DNA of 64,000 nucleotides from Escherichia coli (GTDB lineage Bacteria; Pseudomonadota; Gammaproteobacteria; Enterobacterales; Enterobacteriaceae): NCBI RefSeq assembly GCF_024298765.1, contig NZ_CP101210.1; one strand, 5' to 3'. Shown piece by piece: positions 23,401 to 34,982 of this stretch (position 1 is its first letter; each line of letters starts with the position of its first letter). The notes under the pieces were generated by a model. It saw only the letters and a program-made list of their open reading frames with translations, ran no database searches and was not told where the DNA came from. The position numbers and the translations under genes were made by a program.

Positions 23401-25100
23401 TGCGCCGCCAGTTCATAATGCAGACGGATGCACGGACGCTGCTGTTCACCGCTGATTTGCGTGATGCGCCCCAGCTCGTCGTAGTACAGATTCAGACAGT
23501 TGCTGTTGCGGTCGCCCAGCATTTTCAGCCGCTGGCGCTGCGGGTGATGCGGGTCGGCTTCAAACAGAAAAAACTGCCCGTCATCGCTGCTGATAAGCCA
23601 GTGCCCCTGCTCACCCCGCCTTACCGCCAGTCCTTCGCCGGGGCTGTAAAACCCGCTCCCCGGCAGCACGGCCTCCATATCCAGGCGTCGCCCCATGCCC
23701 GACACAAAGGTCATGCAGTTTTCGTCAGCAGTACCCGGCGTGCGCCCGAGGCTGACTTCATACATCACGCTCCAGCCCTGCCCGAACATCCCTTCCGTGC
23801 GGTCGTCACGACTGCTGTACACGCGCTGCCAGTCCAGCGGAAAGTGGCCCGGCAGACTGAAATCGAAGTCATCGTCATCGGCCAGATATTTGGCTCCGGT
23901 GGCGGCATTGACCGGATGCGGAAGGGCACTGATGGCCTTCTGCGTCATCACCCCCATCCCGACACTGGCAGCAAAACAGGCGATTTTAGAAAGCATTTTG
24001 CCCGGGCGAAGAAACATCAGCGCCACGGTTGCCACCAGGGTTATCTGCGACCTGCCGCTTCTGATATCCCTGACCACCAGTAACGGACCGCCAATGCGGA
24101 CATCCGGTGACACAAACGCCCCGTTCCCCGGCTCATTCACCACCCTGGCCTCGCAGGTGCAGCGTGCCCCGCTGCGTGCCGCCGGCTGGCTGTTGATACG
24201 CACATCCCGCGCGCCTTCCGCGATATATTCCGCTGCGGGCGGTTCATCATCGCCTTTGAACAGATTACTGATGCTGCCAATAACCGCATTCACTCCCTGA
24301 AAGGCGGTTTCCAGCATACCGTCCGGACTCAGCAGGTTAAGGGCCGTTCCCAGGGGGTCATCCAGAAAGGCGGCTTTTTTTTGTGCGAGAAACTGCGTCA
24401 GTGAGGAGGGATGTTTATGGCAGTCGATTTTATCGTCAGGGGTCGGGGTGGAGCCCGGGGCCGCACTGGCCACGGTGGGCTGCCATAGTTCCGACACAAA
24501 ATGTGTCACGCCATCCACCATTTCAGAACGCCCTTCTTCCGTACTGAGCTGGTCGTGCAGCGCCCGGGACATCAGCACAGGCCCTGTCACCGGGTTAACC
24601 GCCAGGGCTATGGCCCCCGCCATTTCCAGATATTCCCCGGCCACATCCAGGAACGTTCTGGCATCCTCCTGACGCTGCGCTTCTTCCTGTTCCGCCTTCG
24701 CCTGCGCCTCCTGCGCCTCAATGTCCTGCCGCGATGCCGCAGTCGCCGCGGCCCGCGCGGCAGGTTTGCTGTTGATCCATGTGTCGCCAGAGCCGGTGAG
24801 GATGTAACCTTCAATCTGAGGCGGGAAAAGCATATTTGCGAGGTCTGAACAGACTTCGCTGACCGTGTCTGTCACGCCGGTGTACACCATCGCCACACCC
24901 GCCACAAAACCGGTCAGCACGACGGCCGTGCACCCCATCGTGATCCCCACTGACGCCGCCAGTAACGAGGTTGTGCCGACAATGAGGGCATCAATAACGA
25001 CATTTGCGGCCACCTCCAGCACCGCCCCCAGCACATCTGCCATAAACGACGTATGCAGCAGGGCATCACCCTGCCTTGCCGCCCAGAATGCCTCTTCCAT
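20442..25100 (-). CDS. Rhs-family polymorphic toxin with prePAAR motif, hydrophobic segments, PAAR motif, RHS/YD-repeat core and variable C-terminal toxin
   Basis: 1552 aa; N-terminal AARQGDALLH fits AARxxDxxxH; INSQPAARSGARCTC PAAR motif; repeated YD/RYxYD motifs; core ends ...SWIDPLGL then ~117 aa unique tail. Confidence 0.85.
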   Translation of the reverse strand: MEEAFWAARQGDALLHTSFMADVLGAVLEVAANVVIDALIVGTTSLLAASVGITMGCTAVVLTGFVAGVAMVYTGVTDTVSEVCSDLANMLFPPQIEGYILTGSGDTWINSKPAARAAATAASRQDIEAQEAQAKAEQEEAQRQEDARTFLDVAGEYLEMAGAIALAVNPVTGPVLMSRALHDQLSTEEGRSEMVDGVTHFVSELWQPTVASAAPGSTPTPDDKIDCHKHPSSLTQFLAQKKAAFLDDPLGTALNLLSPDGMLETAFQGVNAVIGSISNLFKGDDEPPAAEYIAEGARDVRINSQPAARSGARCTCEARVVNEPGNGAFVSPDVRIGGPLLVVRDIRSGRSQITLVATVALMFLRPGKMLSKIACFAASVGMGVMTQKAISALPHPVNAATGAKYLADDDDFDFSLPGHFPLDWQRVYSSRDDRTEGMFGQGWSVMYEVSLGRTPGTADENCMTFVSGMGRRLDMEAVLPGSGFYSPGEGLAVRRGEQGHWLISSDDGQFFLFEADPHHPQRQRLKMLGDRNSNCLNLYYDELGRITQISGEQQRPCIRLHYELAAHPRRVTQIYQHFPETAPLLLRRYRYDEAGDLNGVYDSTGHLLREFAYDENHCMTLHRQPGGEGYYYQWSWYEGPDDAAWRVTGHHTDSGEQYRLAWSLASRRLCVTDGLGRTRYHQWDAQNQVTAYQDEAGQVTTFRWSDEERLLLGMTDAQGGKWRYVYDRQGHITETHDPLGRVAQTQWHPVWHQPETEVDAAGNSWCCEYDERGNLLAVTDPLQQNTRYQYDRHGQVVQITDARGGNKYLQWNEDGQLMRHTDCSGSQTAWFYDERTRLIRMTDAQSHSTRYGYDDSGHLTEVILADGRTVNYQSDAAGRLVKYTSPMGRITRWQRDGQGRVRSRTDATGRRTAFGYDAYGRLVTLTNENGESYRFRHDVLDRLAEQINPDGCRQTYRYNALNAVTEVVFTGDRGGEIRHRLARDAAGRLTAKETADSRTEYVHDAADQLLEIRRRRSDAGETDAPEIIRFSYDRLGRMLTEETAQGVLTHQYDELSNRTATTFPDGRTQRHLYYGSGHLQQINLDREVISEFTRDALHREVLRSQGRLSTRQLYDPAGRLKRRETYSGMRGVVPETFTDRQYSYSGEDELLKTRHSRRGETDYFYDPTGRITACRSEDEGYLASWQYDAAGNLLGRRAGERATAENSVVPFNRLMSYRGVHYRYDEFGRAVEKEGRSGTQSYRYDAEHRMVEVTTARGTYRYVYDALGRRTEKQHISPDGKPYNRTAFLWDGMRLAQESRPEGTDSLYIYRDPGSYEPLARVDKAGKEGPNRILYFHTDVNGAPEEMTDSDGKIVWETGYQVWGNTIQEKDHGGVAQNLRYQGQYLDRETGLHYNLHRYYDPDVGRFMVTDPIGLRGGLNLYQYAPNPLSWIDPLGLCPKSDFKWGNPKSKPTYGHTFSEHGQKMKPNQLIDRARNKGHQVGQYLDDNSAADFIASVAKKGPGVHDVPLPTNIKSRGYLPDGTEVVPDMARVVVKPDGSVRTSFPFNSSHDN

Positions 25101-26102
25101 GTCCCGTTCCCTGTGTGATTAATTCGTCCCGGCTTCCTGCCGCATCCTGAAGCGCAGATTCTTTTTAATTTCAGCCCAGCGCGTCATATCAGCCGGGGTC
25201 AGCGGTGTGGTTCGGGCGTAGGTGAAGGCCATCATGACCCGCTCACCCGGCAATACAAATGCCACCTGACACTGGTACACCTGCTCGTTACCCCGGAGAA
25301 ACTGGCTCTGTATTTGCAAACCGCCTCATTGAGATAATATTCCGTCATAATAGAAGTCGTCCTTTTTAATAAATGAATTATTTATTGACAGGTTCTGTTT
25401 TTTAATCATGAATGTAATGTCTATCACCGCTTTACAGCACTCTTTATCTTTCAAGCCGTAATCACTAATAACATTAAGCAATTACCCATATTTACAATGA
25501 CCGGAACTGATATGCCGTTATGTATTTAACAATCCCAACATATTCACCATACAAATAAAATCACGAGTAACAAACACACTACCGCCTCCATATAAAAAAT
25601 GGACAGCTTATAAAATTGCATCTTGCATAGAAAGGGCTGAGATATCGAGTGTATTTTAATTATCAACTATAAATGTTGAATATTTTCATTAACAGAAACA
25701 CATCTTATCCCATTAGATATGTTAACAATCAATTATTCTTAACATATCACTAAAGTATATATTACTCTCTTTACTATCTGTTTTTATTGCGGTAGCGATA
25801 TTAATAGCAAAATTCGGAATTTATTTAGATGCTGGAATAAGAAAAAGTGATGGCGGCTTTCTCACCTTACCCTGAAGTTTCAGGAAAGTGTGTAAGGAAG
25901 GATGCAACCTAACTGGAGATTTCTGAGGATCTAGTTGCTTAGAGCGACAATGAAGGTGAACGCATCCAGAGTAGTCCTATGAAAGGATACTATTGAAAAT
26001 TGATGCTAAAACAGTGATTAAATGAACAACACCATGGAACCCGTTGATTCAAAACGCCTAAACCAGCCCCCTGATACGAGGCTGGCTTAAACGCGCAGGC
26101 AA

Positions 26103-26309
26103 TCAGTAAAAATCACCCGTTGCCTTTTCGGCCTGATCCATCCACACCGGTTTCTCGCTGGTTTTCGACCAGACGCGGTGCAGGTAGCTGTAAAAGCGGG
26201 CGCGGTCTTTCCAGAAAAGCATGAAAGGCAGCGCCAGAACGCCCGCTGCAACCGCATAAGTACGGCGTAAAAAGATAAGCCATGCAGGATATTCTCTGTA
26301 GAGTTCCAT
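26103..26309 (-). CDS. ybfA: small membrane protein (DUF2517)
   Basis: 68 aa, [16 protein letters not shown]... Confidence 0.75.
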   Translation of the reverse strand: MELYREYPAWLIFLRRTYAVAAGVLALPFMLFWKDRARFYSYLHRVWSKTSEKPVWMDQAEKATGDFY

Positions 26310-26621
26310 ACTTTTCTCCCCCTTTTGTATCTACCCGGTGAATGGCACCGGAAAAATGAATTTGTTTATCTGATGAAAATAGTACCGCCTTTTGTGTAAT
26401 TTTACTACTCATCCGACCACTTATTTTTGCTTATTGATGGTTTATTTACATTCACACTGTAATTAAGTTACACAAAAGTTAAATTAATACTAACCATCAG
26501 TTAAATCATGGCTTTTGCCATTTTTATACTTTTTTTACACCACGCCCGAAGATTTTTGCGAAATCTTTGCAGCCAGAATTCTACCCTTCCGGTATCACTT
26601 TTAGGCCACTGGAGGTGCACT

Positions 26622-26711
26622 GTGAGTGCAGGCGTGATAGCCGGCGTGTTGCTGGTGTTTTTATTACTGGGTTATCTGGTTTATGCCCTGATCAATGCGG
26701 AGGCGTTCTGA
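26622..26711 (+). CDS. kdpF: K+-transporting ATPase subunit F
   Basis: 29 aa hydrophobic peptide (V)[31 protein letters not shown] start, stop overlaps kdpA ATG. Confidence 0.8.
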   Translation: MSAGVIAGVLLVFLLLGYLVYALINAEAF

Positions 26712-28384
26712 TGGCTGCGCAAGGGTTCTTACTGATCGCCACGTTTTTACTGGTGTTCATGGTGCTGGCACGTCCTTTAGGCAGCGGGCTGGCGCGGCTG
26801 ATTAATGATATTCCTCTTCCTGGTACGACGGGCGTTGAACGCGTACTCTTTAGCGCGCTTGGCGTCTCTGACCGCGAGATGAACTGGAAGCAGTATCTCT
26901 CAGCCATTCTTGGCCTGAATATGCTGGGGCTGGCGGTGCTGTTTTTTATGTTGCTCGGTCAGCACTATCTGCCGCTTAATCCACAGCAGTTGCCAGGGCT
27001 GTCATGGGATCTGGCGCTGAATACCGCCGTCAGCTTTGTCACCAATACCAACTGGCAATCTTATAGCGGTGAAACCACGTTGAGCTATTTCAGCCAGATG
27101 GCGGGCTTAACGGTGCAAAACTTTCTTTCTGCCGCCAGCGGGATTGCGGTGATTTTTGCCCTCATCCGTGCGTTTACCCGCCAGAGCATGAGCACACTCG
27201 GGAATGCCTGGGTCGATCTGCTACGCATCACGTTATGGGTGCTAGTCCCTGTGGCGTTGTTGATCGCACTGTTTTTTATTCAACAAGGTGCGCTGCAAAA
27301 CTTTCTGCCCTATCAGGCGGTGAATACCGTTGAAGGAGCGCAACAGCTGTTACCCATGGGGCCTGTAGCTTCTCAGGAAGCGATCAAGATGCTCGGTACT
27401 AACGGCGGTGGCTTCTTTAATGCCAACTCGTCGCATCCGTTTGAAAACCCAACCGCACTGACCAACTTCGTGCAGATGCTAGCGATCTTCTTGATCCCAA
27501 CAGCGCTGTGCTTTGCCTTTGGTGAAGTGGCGGGCGATCGTCGTCAGGGGCGCATGTTGCTGTGGGCGATGTCAGTGATTTTTGTTATCTGCACAAGCGT
27601 GGTGATGTGGGCAGAAGTTCAGGGTAATCCTCATCTGCTGGCGCTGGGTGCGGACAGCAGCATCAATATGGAAGGTAAAGAGAGCCGTTTCGGCGTGCTG
27701 GTCAGTAGCCTGTTTGCGGTCGTGACTACGGCGGCTTCCTGTGGCGCGGTGATTGCGATGCATGATTCGTTTACCGCTCTTGGTGGCATGGTGCCGATGT
27801 GGTTGATGCAAATTGGTGAAGTGGTATTCGGCGGCGTCGGTTCAGGCCTTTACGGCATGATGCTGTTTGTCCTGCTGGCGGTGTTTATTGCCGGGCTGAT
27901 GATTGGTCGTACACCGGAATATCTGGGTAAAAAAATCGACGTACGCGAGATGAAACTGACTGCACTGGCGATTCTGGTCACCCCGACGCTGGTGCTGATG
28001 GGCGCGGCGCTGGCGATGATGACCGACGCCGGACGTAGCGCCATGCTCAACCCTGGCCCGCATGGTTTTAGCGAAGTGCTGTACGCCGTGTCATCCGCCG
28101 CTAACAACAACGGCAGCGCCTTTGCCGGATTAAGCGCCAACTCTCCGTTCTGGAACTGTTTACTGGCGTTGTGCATGTTTGTCGGGCGCTTCGGGGTGAT
28201 TATCCCGGTGATGGCAATTGCCGGTTCGCTGGTGAGTAAAAAGAGCCAACCCGCCAGCTCCGGCACGCTGCCAACGCACGGCCCGCTGTTTGTTGGCCTG
28301 TTAATCGGCACCGTGTTGCTGGTTGGCGCACTGACCTTTATCCCTGCCCTGGCGCTTGGTCCGGTGGCGGAATATCTCTCCTGA
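26711..28384 (+). CDS. kdpA: K+-transporting ATPase subunit A
   Basis: Start trimmed to [10 protein letters not shown] within ORF 26567..28384; 557 aa. Confidence 0.95.
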   Translation: MAAQGFLLIATFLLVFMVLARPLGSGLARLINDIPLPGTTGVERVLFSALGVSDREMNWKQYLSAILGLNMLGLAVLFFMLLGQHYLPLNPQQLPGLSWDLALNTAVSFVTNTNWQSYSGETTLSYFSQMAGLTVQNFLSAASGIAVIFALIRAFTRQSMSTLGNAWVDLLRITLWVLVPVALLIALFFIQQGALQNFLPYQAVNTVEGAQQLLPMGPVASQEAIKMLGTNGGGFFNANSSHPFENPTALTNFVQMLAIFLIPTALCFAFGEVAGDRRQGRMLLWAMSVIFVICTSVVMWAEVQGNPHLLALGADSSINMEGKESRFGVLVSSLFAVVTTAASCGAVIAMHDSFTALGGMVPMWLMQIGEVVFGGVGSGLYGMMLFVLLAVFIAGLMIGRTPEYLGKKIDVREMKLTALAILVTPTLVLMGAALAMMTDAGRSAMLNPGPHGFSEVLYAVSSAANNNGSAFAGLSANSPFWNCLLALCMFVGRFGVIIPVMAIAGSLVSKKSQPASSGTLPTHGPLFVGLLIGTVLLVGALTFIPALALGPVAEYLS

Positions 28385-28406
28385 TGATATTGAGTGAGCA
28401 CTGAAT

Positions 28407-30455
28407 ATGAGTCGTAAACAACTGGCGCTATTCGAACCAACACTTGTCGTTCAGGCGCTGAAAGAAGCGGTGAAAAAATTAAACCCGCAGGCGCAATGGC
28501 GTAATCCGGTGATGTTTATCGTCTGGATCGGCAGTCTGTTAACCACCTTTATTTGCATCGCAATGGCAAGCGGTGCGATGCCTGGCAATGCGCTGTTTAG
28601 CGCGGCAATTAGCGGCTGGCTGTGGGTCACCGTACTGTTCGCTAATTTCGCCGAGGCGCTGGCAGAGGGCCGCAGTAAAGCGCAGGCCAACAGTCTGAAA
28701 GGGGTGAAAAAAACTGCCTTTGCCCGCAAGCTTCGTGAGCCGAAATATGGCGCTGCGGCAGACAAAGTTCCTGCCGATCAACTGCGTAAAGGCGATATCG
28801 TACTGGTAGAAGCTGGCGATATTATCCCCTGCGATGGTGAAGTTATTGAAGGGGGTGCATCGGTCGATGAAAGCGCCATCACCGGGGAATCAGCACCGGT
28901 TATCCGTGAATCCGGCGGCGATTTTGCCTCCGTCACCGGCGGCACGCGTATTCTTTCTGACTGGCTGGTAATTGAGTGCAGCGTTAACCCCGGTGAGACA
29001 TTTCTGGATCGGATGATCGCGATGGTGGAAGGCGCACAGCGACGCAAAACGCCGAACGAGATTGCCCTGACCATTCTCCTGATTGCCCTGACTATCGTCT
29101 TTTTACTGGCAACCGCCACGCTGTGGCCGTTTTCCGCGTGGGGCGGTAATGCAGTGAGTGTAACGGTACTGGTGGCGCTGCTGGTCTGTCTGATCCCAAC
29201 CACTATTGGCGGCCTGTTGTCAGCGATCGGCGTCGCCGGGATGAGTCGGATGCTGGGCGCGAATGTGATTGCCACCAGCGGACGTGCAGTTGAAGCGGCA
29301 GGTGACGTTGACGTTCTGCTACTGGATAAAACCGGCACCATCACACTCGGTAACCGTCAGGCGTCGGAGTTTATCCCCGCGCAGGGCGTGGATGAAAAAA
29401 CGCTGGCTGACGCCGCACAACTGGCTTCGCTGGCTGATGAAACGCCGGAAGGTCGCAGTATTGTGATCCTCGCCAAGCAACGTTTTAACCTGCGCGAGCG
29501 CGATGTGCAGTCGCTCCATGCCACCTTTGTACCGTTTACTGCGCAAAGCCGGATGAGCGGGATCAACATCGACAACCGCATGATCCGTAAAGGTTCTGTC
29601 GATGCCATTCGCCGCCATGTTGAGGCTAATGGTGGTCACTTCCCTGCCGATGTCGATCAAAAAGTCGATCAGGTTGCGCGTCAGGGAGCCACGCCGCTGG
29701 TAGTAGTAGAAGGCTCCCATGTGCTTGGCGTTATTGCGCTGAAAGATATCGTCAAAGGCGGTATTAAAGAGCGCTTCGCGCAGTTGCGTAAAATGGGCAT
29801 TAAAACGGTGATGATTACCGGCGATAACCGTCTGACTGCCGCCGCGATAGCTGCGGAAGCGGGCGTCGATGATTTTCTCGCCGAAGCAACACCGGAGGCC
29901 AAGCTGGCACTGATTCGTCAGTATCAGGCGGAAGGCCGTTTAGTGGCGATGACCGGCGATGGCACCAACGATGCTCCGGCGCTGGCACAGGCCGATGTTG
30001 CGGTGGCGATGAACTCCGGCACCCAGGCGGCGAAAGAAGCGGGCAATATGGTGGATCTCGACTCCAACCCGACCAAGTTGATCGAGGTAGTGCACATTGG
30101 CAAACAGATGCTGATGACCCGTGGCTCGTTGACCACCTTCAGCATTGCCAACGATGTGGCGAAATACTTCGCCATTATTCCAGCGGCGTTCGCGGCAACG
30201 TATCCGCAGTTAAATGCGCTGAACATCATGCGCCTGCATTCGCCCGACTCCGCCATTCTCAGTGCGGTCATTTTCAACGCCTTGATTATCGCCTTTTTGA
30301 TTCCCCTGGCGTTAAAAGGCGTGAGTTATAAACCGCTTACCGCTTCTGCCATGTTGCGCCGTAACTTATGGATTTACGGTCTGGGTGGGCTGCTGGTGCC
30401 GTTTATTGGTATCAAAGTCATTGATTTACTGCTAACCGTTTGCGGTCTGGTGTGA
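28407..30455 (+). CDS. kdpB: K+-transporting P-type ATPase subunit B
   Basis: 682 aa; DKTGTIT phosphorylation motif and [11 protein letters not shown]. Confidence 0.95.
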
Positions 30456-30463
30456 GGTTTACC

Positions 30464-31036
30464 ATGCGTGGATTACGTCCGGCATTATCGACATTTCTCT
30501 TTCTGTTATTGATTACTGGCGGCGTTTACCCGCTGCTGACCACCGCACTGGGGCAATGGTGGTTTCCCTGGCAGGCCAACGGTTCATTGATTCGTGAAGG
30601 TGATACGGTGCGCGGTTCGGCATTAATCGGGCAAAATTTTACCGGCAACGGCTATTTTCATGGTCGCCCGTCGGCAACAGCAGAAATGCCCTATAATCCA
30701 CAGGCTTCTGGCGGGAGCAATCTGGCAGTCAGTAACCCGGAGCTGGATAAACAGATAGCCGCACGCGTTGCCGCATTACGGGCTGCTAACCCGGATGCCA
30801 GCACGAACGTTCCGGTTGAACTGGTGACGGCGTCAGCAAGCGGGCTGGACAATAACATCACCCCGCAAGCGGCGGCCTGGCAGATCCCACGCGTGGCGAA
30901 AGCGCGTAATCTCAGCGTTGAACAGCTCACGCAACTGATCGCAAAATACAGCCAACAACCGCTGGTGAAATATATCGGCCAGCCGGTCGTCAACATTGTC
31001 GAACTCAATCTGGCACTGGATAAGCTTGATGAATAA
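30464..31036 (+). CDS. kdpC: K+-transporting ATPase subunit C
   Basis: 190 aa from [11 protein letters not shown] within ORF 30440..31036. Confidence 0.9.
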
Positions 31037-33713
31037 CGAACCCTTACGTCCCGACCCCGATCGTCTGCTGGAACAAGCTGCCGCGCCGCATCGGGGGAAG
31101 CTGAAAGTATTCTTCGGTGCCTGCGCAGGCGTCGGGAAGACCTGGGCGATGCTGGCGGAAGCCCAGCGACTGCGGGCGCAAGGGCTGGATATTGTGGCTG
31201 GCGTGGTAGAAACCCACGGTCGGAAAGATACCGCCGCAATGCTGGAAGGGCTGGCTGTTCTGCCGTTAAAACGCCAGGCGTACCGTGGGCGGCACATCAG
31301 CGAGTTTGATCTCGATGCCGCCCTCGCCCGCCGTCCGGCACTGATCTTAATGGACGAACTGGCGCACAGTAATGCGCCAGGTTCTCGTCATCCCAAACGC
31401 TGGCAGGACATCGAAGAGCTGCTGGAAGCTGGCATTGATGTTTTCACTACCGTCAACGTTCAACATCTGGAAAGCCTGAATGATGTGGTCAGCGGCGTCA
31501 CCGGAATTCAGGTTCGGGAAACCGTGCCCGATCCTTTTTTTGATGCCGCCGACGACGTAGTGCTGGTGGACTTGCCCCCGGACGATCTGCGCCAGCGACT
31601 GAAAGAAGGCAAAGTCTATATTGCCGGGCAGGCGGAGCGCGCCATTGAACATTTTTTCCGCAAAGGTAATCTGATCGCCCTGCGCGAACTGGCACTACGC
31701 CGTACTGCCGATCGCGTAGATGAGCAAATGCGCGCCTGGCGGGGGCATCCTGGCGAAGAGAAAGTCTGGCACACACGCGACGCGATCCTATTATGCATCG
31801 GGCATAACACCGGCAGTGAGAAACTGGTCCGCGCGGCGGCGCGGTTGGCCTCGCGCCTGGGCAGTGTCTGGCACGCGGTGTATGTTGAAACCCCTGCCCT
31901 GCATCGCTTACCGGAGAAAAAACGTCGGGCAATTCTCAGCGCCTTACGTCTGGCGCAGGAGCTGGGCGCGGAGACGGCAACACTTTCTGATCCAGCGGAA
32001 GAGAAAGCGGTAGTGCGTTATGCCCGTGAACATAATCTCGGCAAGATTATTCTCGGTCGCCCGGCTTCGCGCCGCTGGTGGCGTCGGGAAACATTTGCTG
32101 ACCGGCTGGCACGCATCGCCCCCGATCTCGATCAGGTGCTGGTCGCGCTTGATGAACCACCCGCCCGCACGATTAACAACGCGCCGGATAGCCGCTCTTT
32201 TAAAGACAAGTGGCGGGTACAGATTCAGGGATGCGTGGTTGCCGCCGCGTTATGCGCCGTTATCACCTTAATTGCCATGCAGTGGCTGATGGCGTTTGAT
32301 GCCGCCAACCTGGTGATGCTGTATCTACTTGGCGTGGTGGTGGTGGCGCTATTTTATGGACGCTGGCCTTCGGTGGTTGCTACCGTCATTAATGTGGTGA
32401 GTTTCGATCTCTTTTTTATCGCCCCACGCGGCACGCTCGCCGTCTCTGATGTGCAATATCTGCTGACCTTCGCGGTGATGTTAACCGTCGGGCTGGTGAT
32501 CGGGAACCTTACTGCTGGCGTGCGTTATCAGGCGCGGGTAGCCCGTTACCGCGAACAACGCACACGGCACTTATATGAAATGTCCAAAGCTCTGGCTGTG
32601 GGCCGTAGTTCGCAGGATATCGCCGCCACCAGCGAACAGTTTATTGCCTCCACGTTTCATGCCCGTAGCCAGGTGTTGCTGCCTGATGACAACGGTAAAT
32701 TGCAGCCGTTAACACATCCGCAAGGAATGACGCCGTGGGACGATGCCATCGCGCAGTGGAGTTTTGATAAAGGTCTGCCTGCGGGCGCGGGCACCGACAC
32801 GTTACCCGGTGTACCGTACCAGATTTTGCCGCTAAAAAGCGGCGAGAAAACCTACGGACTGGTGGTGGTGGAACCGGGGAATCTGCGCCAGTTGATGATC
32901 CCGGAACAGCAGCGCCTGCTGGAGACGTTTACGCTGTTAGTCGCCAATGCGCTTGAGCGGCTGACGCTGACCGCCAGCGAAGAACAGGCGCGGATGGCAA
33001 GCGAACGTGAACAGATCCGCAACGCTCTGCTGGCGGCGCTTTCGCATGATTTACGCACGCCGCTCACGGTGCTGTTCGGTCAGGCAGAAATCTTAACGCT
33101 CGATCTGGCAAGCGAAGGATCGCCCCACGCCCGCCAGGCCAGCGAGATTCGTCAGCATGTGCTGAACACGACCCGACTGGTGAATAATCTGCTCGATATG
33201 GCGCGAATTCAGTCCGGCGGCTTTAATTTGAAGAAAGAGTGGTTAACGCTGGAAGAAGTGGTCGGCAGCGCGCTGCAAATGCTGGAACCGGGTTTATCGT
33301 CGCCTATCAATCTTTCTCTGCCAGAACCGCTGACCTTAATCCACGTTGACGGGCCGCTCTTTGAACGGGTGCTGATTAATCTGCTGGAGAACGCGGTGAA
33401 ATACGCGGGTGCGCAGGCCGAAATTGGTATCGATGCCCACGTTGAGGGCGAGAAGCTACAACTGGATGTCTGGGATAACGGCCCCGGTCTTCCGCCAGGC
33501 CAGGAGCAGACGATATTTGATAAGTTTGCTCGCGGGAATAAAGAGTCGGCGGTACCGGGTGTAGGGCTTGGGCTGGCAATTTGTCGGGCGATTGTGGATG
33601 TACACGGCGGCACCATTACCGCGTTCAACCGACCGGAAGGTGGTGCCTGTTTTCGTGTTACACTTCCCCAGCAAACCGCTCCTGAACTTGAAGAATTTCA
33701 TGAGGATATGTGA
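31029..33713 (+). CDS. kdpD: sensor histidine kinase KdpD
   Basis: 894 aa from [13 protein letters not shown]; KdpD N-domain, TM region, HisKA (SHDLRTPL) and ATPase domain. Confidence 0.95.
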
Positions 33714-34387
33714 CAAACGTTCTGATTGTTGAAGATGAACAGGCTATTCGTCGCTTTCTGCGCACGGCGCTGGAAGGCGACGGTATGCGCGTCTTTGAGG
33801 CCGAAACGCTGCAACGCGGCTTGCTGGAAGCGGCTACCCGTAAGCCAGATTTGATTATTCTCGATCTCGGCCTGCCCGATGGTGATGGGATTGAGTTTAT
33901 CCGCGACCTGCGCCAGTGGAGCGCGGTGCCGGTGATTGTGCTTTCCGCACGTAGCGAAGAGAGCGACAAAATCGCCGCGCTGGATGCCGGAGCGGATGAT
34001 TATCTGAGTAAGCCGTTTGGCATTGGCGAATTGCAGGCCCGTCTGCGCGTCGCTTTACGTCGCCACTCCGCCACCGCCGCGCCCGATCCGCTGGTGAAAT
34101 TTTCCGATGTTACCGTCGATTTAGCAGCTCGTGTGATCCATCGGGGCGAGGAAGAGGTGCATCTCACCCCGATTGAGTTCCGCCTGCTGGCAGTGTTGCT
34201 TAATAATGCGGGAAAAGTGCTCACCCAGCGCCAGCTCCTTAACCAGGTGTGGGGGCCAAACGCGGTCGAACACAGTCATTATTTGCGTATTTATATGGGG
34301 CATCTGCGACAAAAACTGGAACAGGACCCGGCCCGGCCTCGCCATTTTATTACTGAAACCGGTATTGGGTATCGGTTTATGCTTTGA
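33710..34387 (+). CDS. kdpE: response regulator KdpE
   Basis: 225 aa, GTG start overlapping kdpD stop; receiver plus winged-helix domains. Confidence 0.95.
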   Translation: MTNVLIVEDEQAIRRFLRTALEGDGMRVFEAETLQRGLLEAATRKPDLIILDLGLPDGDGIEFIRDLRQWSAVPVIVLSARSEESDKIAALDAGADDYLSKPFGIGELQARLRVALRRHSATAAPDPLVKFSDVTVDLAARVIHRGEEEVHLTPIEFRLLAVLLNNAGKVLTQRQLLNQVWGPNAVEHSHYLRIYMGHLRQKLEQDPARPRHFITETGIGYRFML

Positions 34388-34422
34388 ATATTAATTTTAA
34401 TACATCCTGCCTTTTATTAATT

Positions 34423-34451
34423 AAAGCCGTAATAATAAATACGGCTTTTTA
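34423..34451. terminator. rho-independent terminator after kdpE
   Basis: aaagccgtaataataaatacggcttttt hairpin + T-run. Confidence 0.6.
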
Positions 34452-34620
34452 TCTTAAACAACACACAAAAATAACAATTCAATATTTTATATTACTGAGT
34501 AAAAAGCTCATCATTAAATAAATTAAGATTGATCATTTTTTATTGATCACCTTCACAGTTCAACCGTATTTCCTGGATAGAATACCTTCACCTTCATTCA
34601 CATCAGGAAAGGTAAATTAA

Positions 34621-34725
34621 ATGGAAAATAACAGCCGCACTATGCCCCATATAAGGCGGACAACTCATATTATGAAGTTTGCTCATCGCAATAGCTTCGA
34701 CTTTCACTTCTTCAATGCCCGTTAG
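34621..34725 (+). CDS. speFL: speF leader (ornithine-sensing arrest peptide)
   Basis: 34 codons MENNSRTMPHIRRTTHIMKFAHRNSFDFHFFNAR upstream of speF. Confidence 0.85.
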   Translation: MENNSRTMPHIRRTTHIMKFAHRNSFDFHFFNAR

Positions 34726-34982
34726 TCTACCGACTAAGGGCACTTCAGCGTACAGGTCTTCCTGACTCTCTGTATTACAGGCATATGCCTGTATTCCGCA
34801 GTGCTCATTCTCTGTTAACCCTTGTATTATCAGCCACCGGACTGATAAGGGTTTCTGCATTCTGAAAAAAGCAAACTTCTGATTAATTTATCAGCGGGGT
34901 AACTTTGCTTTTTTTCCGGCACGATCGATTTCTCATTCGAGAAATTGAGGACCTGCTATTACCCAAAATAAAGAGATGGAAA

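Noticed and set aside
21276-24300. Long plus-strand ORFs (21276..22076, 22092..22970, 23370..24083, 23695..24300) inside the rhs region
   Set aside because: They lie antisense to the rhs coding sequence in GC-rich repetitive DNA, and their translations are low-complexity (R/P/A-rich) with no recognisable motifs.
20442-25100. Calling the rhs gene rhsC because it sits between ybfA and ybgA
   Set aside because: The N-terminus and core-end sequence differ from what I recall of K-12 RhsC, so I left the gene symbol empty.
26400-26620. Possible KdpE operator upstream of kdpF
   Set aside because: The region is T-rich as expected for the kdp promoter, but I could not pin down a specific binding-site sequence with confidence.
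34603-34860. 85-aa minus-strand ORF overlapping the speFL leader region
   Set aside because: It is antisense to the conserved speFL arrest peptide and the speF leader, with no ribosome-binding site noted; more likely a chance ORF, although an ORF is sometimes annotated here.
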